DNA from: Planctomycetota bacterium
Lineage (GTDB): Bacteria > Planctomycetota > GCA-002687715 > DRQF01
DNA: 30,424 nt
NCBI GenBank assembly: GCA_027001995.1
Contig: JALTLO010000204.1
Span: 1,698-32,121, forward strand
Direction of reading: 5' to 3'
In this document: one piece after another, positions 26,365-30,424 of the stretch
Layout of the letters: each line of letters opens with the position of its first letter
How positions within the stretch are numbered: the first letter of the stretch is position 1
The notes under the pieces: generated by a model
The model's database searches: none
What the model was told of the DNA's origin: nothing
Seen by the model: the letters and a program-made list of their open reading frames with translations, nothing else
Position numbers and translations under genes: made by a program

Positions 26365-28176
26365 ATGGTTGACACTGGGCCAAAATCCGAGCCATCCCCC
26401 AAAAGCAATGTCCATCGTCACCTCAAACGATGGCACAAGGCCCTCGCTTGCTCTGTCGCCGTCTTTTTGCCTCTTTTTCTCTACTTGCAAACCGACTTAT
26501 TCCACGGACGTAGTGGTGATTTGAGCCGCCTCATCACCAACGAAGATGATTGGTCTCTCCATACTTCCCAGCCCCAAGACCTTTTTCAGCAACCGAAAGC
26601 CGCTCAGCTTCTCAATTGCCTGCTCAATCAGGGTCCATGGGCCAAGCTCCTGGGGTTTCCTGCCCCGACATCCAACTCCTTTGAGTCCCTCGAAGAGATA
26701 GTTGAGGCTTGGACGGGAGGCGAAGTCCTCCTTACGGTGAAATGGCCCAAAACCCCGAAAATCGCCCCCAAATCAATGGGAGAAATCTCTGCCCATCGCC
26801 CATTTGACTCTATGACGTTGATATTGAGACCAACAAAAGGCCGCGCCAAGGCTCTGGCCCGCCTCATCATGCTGCCGGGACTAACCGAACCAATTCTGGG
26901 GTCTTTCGTCAATCCCAATGCTGGTGCCGAGAGATTCGGTGACATCATCCAAGTGGCCAACCCCGGAGTTTTCTTGGGAGAAAAATCTTCTGACAATCCC
27001 AAGCTTCGAGGCCTGGCTTTCACCACGATCAAAGACCTCATCATCATCGGCACGAGCTACGATGATGTCTTGGAAAAACGCAATTTGGTCCAGGGCGACG
27101 AATCCCGCCTCGCACCACCGAAAACCGGCACCCTCATGGCAACCCTCAGCCCAATCGGCCAGGAGAAATTGCAAAGCACATGGACCGACCTCTTTGGTGC
27201 CAGGACAACTGCACTCATCCGCTCATTGGGCCTAGGTCCCCAAAGCCAAGAGAAACTCCAAATCGCCATCCAATTCACCAACTCCATCCACATGACAACA
27301 TCTTGGGATGGGACTGTGGGGGAAGAAGTCGAACTGGACAACATAGAGGACATCAGCAACCAAGCGGTCTTCTCTGGGAATGCCCCAGGCATTTGTCGCC
27401 GTATTGGAGAAGACTTCTCACAGAATTTCGATGGCAACACCGTTGTCCGCCACGCCTCCCATTTCCTTGGGCCTAAGGGCGAGAATTTGCCAACTATAGA
27501 AACTTGGCTCAGCAAAGAAACTGTCCATGAGATGGCCCGACAATTGGAGAAGGCTAGGGCAAGAAACCTTCGGTTTTCTTGGGCTCCTCCCACCACAACC
27601 AAGAAAGAAGACAGCCCATGGATTTGTCTCTCCCTTCAAGTCGAAGACAAAAACTGCTGGACGCAAATGAGTCGAACTATCGGCATTCCCACAACCGAAT
27701 CAAGGGGATGGCAAGAACTCCAGATTCCTCCCACCTTGGGATTCACCCACTACACGCTGCCCCACATTTACTTGGTCAAGAATCGCATTCACCTGGCCAA
27801 TGGTCCGCCAATTTCGGCGGATCAATGCCTCAAGATAGGTGAGAAGAAAAGCCTTGCCCTTTGGCGCTTCCATACCACAGGAGCCGAACTTTCTCGTTTG
27901 CTCCAGGCATTGGACACCATTCGCTTGAAACAACTGGCCCACCCCACATTCGACAAGCGGCAAACTGTCCTCAAGTCCTTAGGAAGTCATGGCATGACAA
28001 CAGCCCAGGTGGAATCTCGATCAAACACCATCTTTCGCCGGCATCACCAGGAAGCCAAAGACCTCTTAACGACAAGAGGGATGGCATTTCAGTCTTTATT
28101 TAAAGTTTTGGGCGATATCCGTGGGGAAGCACACAGCCAAAATGGCCGGACCGTCGTCACCGTCATCGTCGAGTAA
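26365..28176 (+). CDS. Hypothetical protein with an N-terminal membrane anchor or signal
   Basis: 603-aa ORF filling the gap; basic stretch then hydrophobic ALACSVAVFLPLFLYL; no family motif recognised. Confidence 0.7.
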   Translation: MVDTGPKSEPSPKSNVHRHLKRWHKALACSVAVFLPLFLYLQTDLFHGRSGDLSRLITNEDDWSLHTSQPQDLFQQPKAAQLLNCLLNQGPWAKLLGFPAPTSNSFESLEEIVEAWTGGEVLLTVKWPKTPKIAPKSMGEISAHRPFDSMTLILRPTKGRAKALARLIMLPGLTEPILGSFVNPNAGAERFGDIIQVANPGVFLGEKSSDNPKLRGLAFTTIKDLIIIGTSYDDVLEKRNLVQGDESRLAPPKTGTLMATLSPIGQEKLQSTWTDLFGARTTALIRSLGLGPQSQEKLQIAIQFTNSIHMTTSWDGTVGEEVELDNIEDISNQAVFSGNAPGICRRIGEDFSQNFDGNTVVRHASHFLGPKGENLPTIETWLSKETVHEMARQLEKARARNLRFSWAPPTTTKKEDSPWICLSLQVEDKNCWTQMSRTIGIPTTESRGWQELQIPPTLGFTHYTLPHIYLVKNRIHLANGPPISADQCLKIGEKKSLALWRFHTTGAELSRLLQALDTIRLKQLAHPTFDKRQTVLKSLGSHGMTTAQVESRSNTIFRRHHQEAKDLLTTRGMAFQSLFKVLGDIRGEAHSQNGRTVVTVIVE

Positions 28177-28184
28177 GTTAGGGC

Positions 28185-29063
28185 CTAAAGCCACTGAGGC
28201 ATCTCGTCCCGAAAGCGGCAATGCAATTCGTCTACAGAATCTTTATAAAGATCCGTAAGCAAAATCCTCACGCTGTCGGGCATCAGCTTGCTTGTGCTCA
28301 CTTTGAGCTCAGGTGTGGTTTCTTCCACCGCAAAAGCCTGTCCTTTGCCTTTCTCATCCATACCAGTTGAAGCCACCGCCGGCGCCACAACCTTGCGCAC
28401 AGGAAAAGCGCTCCATTCCTTCACAGACCTCACGCCGAGATGAGCAAAGAGCCCACTAAGAACATCTTCTGGCCGTTCTTGAATGTCATCAAAAAATGCC
28501 GTGAAGAATGAAGAGCGATCGAAGTGCTTTTCCCAGCGGGCCAAGATCGCAGAATAGTGTCCACGGCCAAAGGATGTGGGGCTGCGCAAAAACGTCGCCC
28601 ATTCTTCAAAGGAAATCTCTTCAATCTGACGATTCCCTCGAGCCGCCAGTTCCATGACCGCTTGAGACCAAGCACGATCCACCGGATTGCGCATCAAGAA
28701 CACCAATTTTACATCCGGAAGGATTCTTCTGACCAGCTCAATATCAGCATCCGACAAGATGCTATAGGCTGGGGTAACTTCCCCAATCACTTTCCCCTTG
28801 GCCCCAGAAAAATAGTCCGAGTAGCCGAACAAACTGAGCTTCAAATCGCTATTGAAGTAGTGCAGCTCCTTCTTTTGGGGAACGAAAATCTCGTCATGGC
28901 AAAGAAGATTCTGGTGCAACCAAGTTGTCCCAGCCTTTTGAGCCCCGATCACAAGGAAATCTGGAAGAAAGTGCCGATCCTTCCGCCGCCCCAAGACACA
29001 GTTTTCCCCCCGGCGCATCCAGCGCCGAAGTCGACGTTGCCATGTATTCGAAACTGGGTCCAT
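28185..29063 (-). CDS. PAPS-dependent sulfotransferase
   Basis: 5'-PSB motif PDFLVIGAQKAGTTWL, KELHYF, GEVTPAY, 3'-PB motif RNPVDRAWS. Confidence 0.92.
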   Translation of the reverse strand: MDPVSNTWQRRLRRWMRRGENCVLGRRKDRHFLPDFLVIGAQKAGTTWLHQNLLCHDEIFVPQKKELHYFNSDLKLSLFGYSDYFSGAKGKVIGEVTPAYSILSDADIELVRRILPDVKLVFLMRNPVDRAWSQAVMELAARGNRQIEEISFEEWATFLRSPTSFGRGHYSAILARWEKHFDRSSFFTAFFDDIQERPEDVLSGLFAHLGVRSVKEWSAFPVRKVVAPAVASTGMDEKGKGQAFAVEETTPELKVSTSKLMPDSVRILLTDLYKDSVDELHCRFRDEMPQWL

Positions 29064-29083
29064 GAATCAGATCTCTCGTTTTC

Positions 29084-30106
29084 TCAATGACCTGTTTGCT
29101 TCGAGCCCATCCATCGCCGCTTCACCAGATCAGCAACAAGACGACAACGGGCAAAAAACTGAGCCCTCATGATGTTGCGCCCACTTCGCTTCAACAGATC
29201 TGGGTCTGCTTCCAGGGCAGCTCGATAGATTTGATCTTGACGTGGGCCATCAATTTGGCAATCCGGATGCACCCAACTAGCCATCCATTTGACCATCAAA
29301 CGATCACGTACCCGCTCAAGTTGGAGCTGGGGTATCTCAATCTCTGCCATGAGGAAACTAAGAATTCGATAGCATTCCTCAGCCCATCGGCCATCCAATG
29401 CGGCCCCCGCCGTGATCGTCGAATCATGCTTGCGATGGTAATTAAGGGCACTATCGACATAACAGATGTCACTCCTGAGCAAGATCTTGAGCCATGTCAG
29501 CCAATCCCCGGCATAACTATAGTCAAGAGGAGCACCTCCAGCATCGTCATAGACTTGTTTGCGAAAAACCACCGCACTGGCGTTAGGGATAGTGCAGCGA
29601 AGCACCATAAAACGCCGTATCTCATCCTTTCCATCGTTGACGTAATCGCCCTGCCAATGACTTGCCTCTGCAGCGTCTGGCCAAACGAGATTGCTAGGCA
29701 AGAATCTCCCTTGGGAATCGATTGGCTGAGACTTGCAATAAGCGAGCCCGCCATGGGGATTGGCATCCAGAGCTTCCACCAGTCGGTGCAACAACTCTGG
29801 CTCCGCCAAGTCATCGGATTCAGCGATCCAAACCAGATCACCTCGGGCCAAAGAGACACCTCGGTTCCACTGGACAAAGGGACTGCCGCTATTCTCTTCA
29901 TTGATCACCATGCGGAAGCGAGGATCAGAAGTGAATTCCTCGGCAACAGTGTTGCTAGCGTCCGTAGAGGCGTCATCGAGATAGATCACCTCAAAGTCTT
30001 GCCATGTTTGATCAAACACGCTTTTCAAACGGGCAGCAAGGAAAGACTCATGATTGTAGTTGGGCACAACCACACTGACGCGTGGTTGTGAATCCGCTGT
30101 GGCCAT
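29084..30106 (-). CDS. Glycosyltransferase family 2 (GT-A fold)
   Basis: VSVVVPNYN, DDASTD, NSGSPFVQWNRG, IAESDD, NASAVVFR, GDW. Start moved to ATG 30106. Confidence 0.93.
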   Translation of the reverse strand: MATADSQPRVSVVVPNYNHESFLAARLKSVFDQTWQDFEVIYLDDASTDASNTVAEEFTSDPRFRMVINEENSGSPFVQWNRGVSLARGDLVWIAESDDLAEPELLHRLVEALDANPHGGLAYCKSQPIDSQGRFLPSNLVWPDAAEASHWQGDYVNDGKDEIRRFMVLRCTIPNASAVVFRKQVYDDAGGAPLDYSYAGDWLTWLKILLRSDICYVDSALNYHRKHDSTITAGAALDGRWAEECYRILSFLMAEIEIPQLQLERVRDRLMVKWMASWVHPDCQIDGPRQDQIYRAALEADPDLLKRSGRNIMRAQFFARCRLVADLVKRRWMGSKQTGH

Positions 30107-30223
30107 TTTGTCATCCCAAGAAAACAGCAGAACAAGCGCACAAAGGCGCGCCGAGTTTAGTTTACAAAAAATGAGGTCGCCCGCGTGAACGAGCGACCCC
30201 ATTGTGGGAATAAGTAGAAAATT

Positions 30224-30424
30224 CTACTGAATCACGATATTGACCAAACAGGCATGATTGGCTGTTGGGCCGAAAATGATGCTTTCATCCAAGAGGAAGT
30301 TGTAAGCACCACCGCCGGGATTGTTCAACGGGAAAAAGGTGTCAATGATGGCTGCGTTCAAGCCGATCCCCATGGGTGTGGGGAAAAGATTGGTTGGCAA
30401 CGCACCATCGTCGTCGTTATAGGG
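30224..30424 (-). CDS. 3' end of a CDS running in from beyond the window (product unknown)
   Basis: Open frame from the window edge, PYNDDDGALPTNLFPTPMG...ACLVNIVIQ, ending at TAG 30226-30224. Absent from the supplied ORF track. Confidence 0.6.
   Translation of the reverse strand, partial: PYNDDDGALPTNLFPTPMGIGLNAAIIDTFFPLNNPGGGAYNFLLDESIIFGPTANHACLVNIVIQ

Noticed and set aside
25967..26490. Short ORFs (103, 64 and 89 aa) in the kinase upstream region
   Set aside because: They overlap each other, lack clear SD sequences or motifs, and none is better supported than the others.
29087..30091. 334-aa plus-strand ORF
   Set aside because: Lies wholly antisense to a clear GT2 gene and has no recognisable motifs.

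Overview
A 30.4 kb bacterial chromosomal window with 18 complete CDSs plus one partial CDS at the right edge. I saw no rRNA, tRNA, CRISPR array, transposase, integrase or reverse transcriptase. The gene content (Hanks-type kinases, FGE-like domain, AlgE-type barrel, sulfotransferase, large exported proteins) suggests a diderm such as a planctomycete, which is inference only. Recognisable genes: a GT-C membrane glycosyltransferase, a LeuD-LeuC-order aconitase-family fusion, a Ser/Thr kinase, a ferredoxin, an SsnA-like amidohydrolase, a sulfotransferase and a GT2. Four things stand out. (1) A 1301-aa lipoprotein-like fibre built from three Gly/Asn/Thr repeat classes with phage-fibre-like motifs, divergent from a coiled-coil plus alginate-export-type beta-barrel, a candidate surface-fibre system. 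(2) A self-contained ABC-ATPase plus TOPRIM-like gene pair resembling PARIS/OLD-type defence modules. (3) A 1755-aa receptor with two tandem kinase domains and a C-terminal FGE-like domain. (4) Three nearby enzyme-fold proteins that each seem to have lost catalytic residues. All family assignments come from motif recognition by eye; no searches were run.
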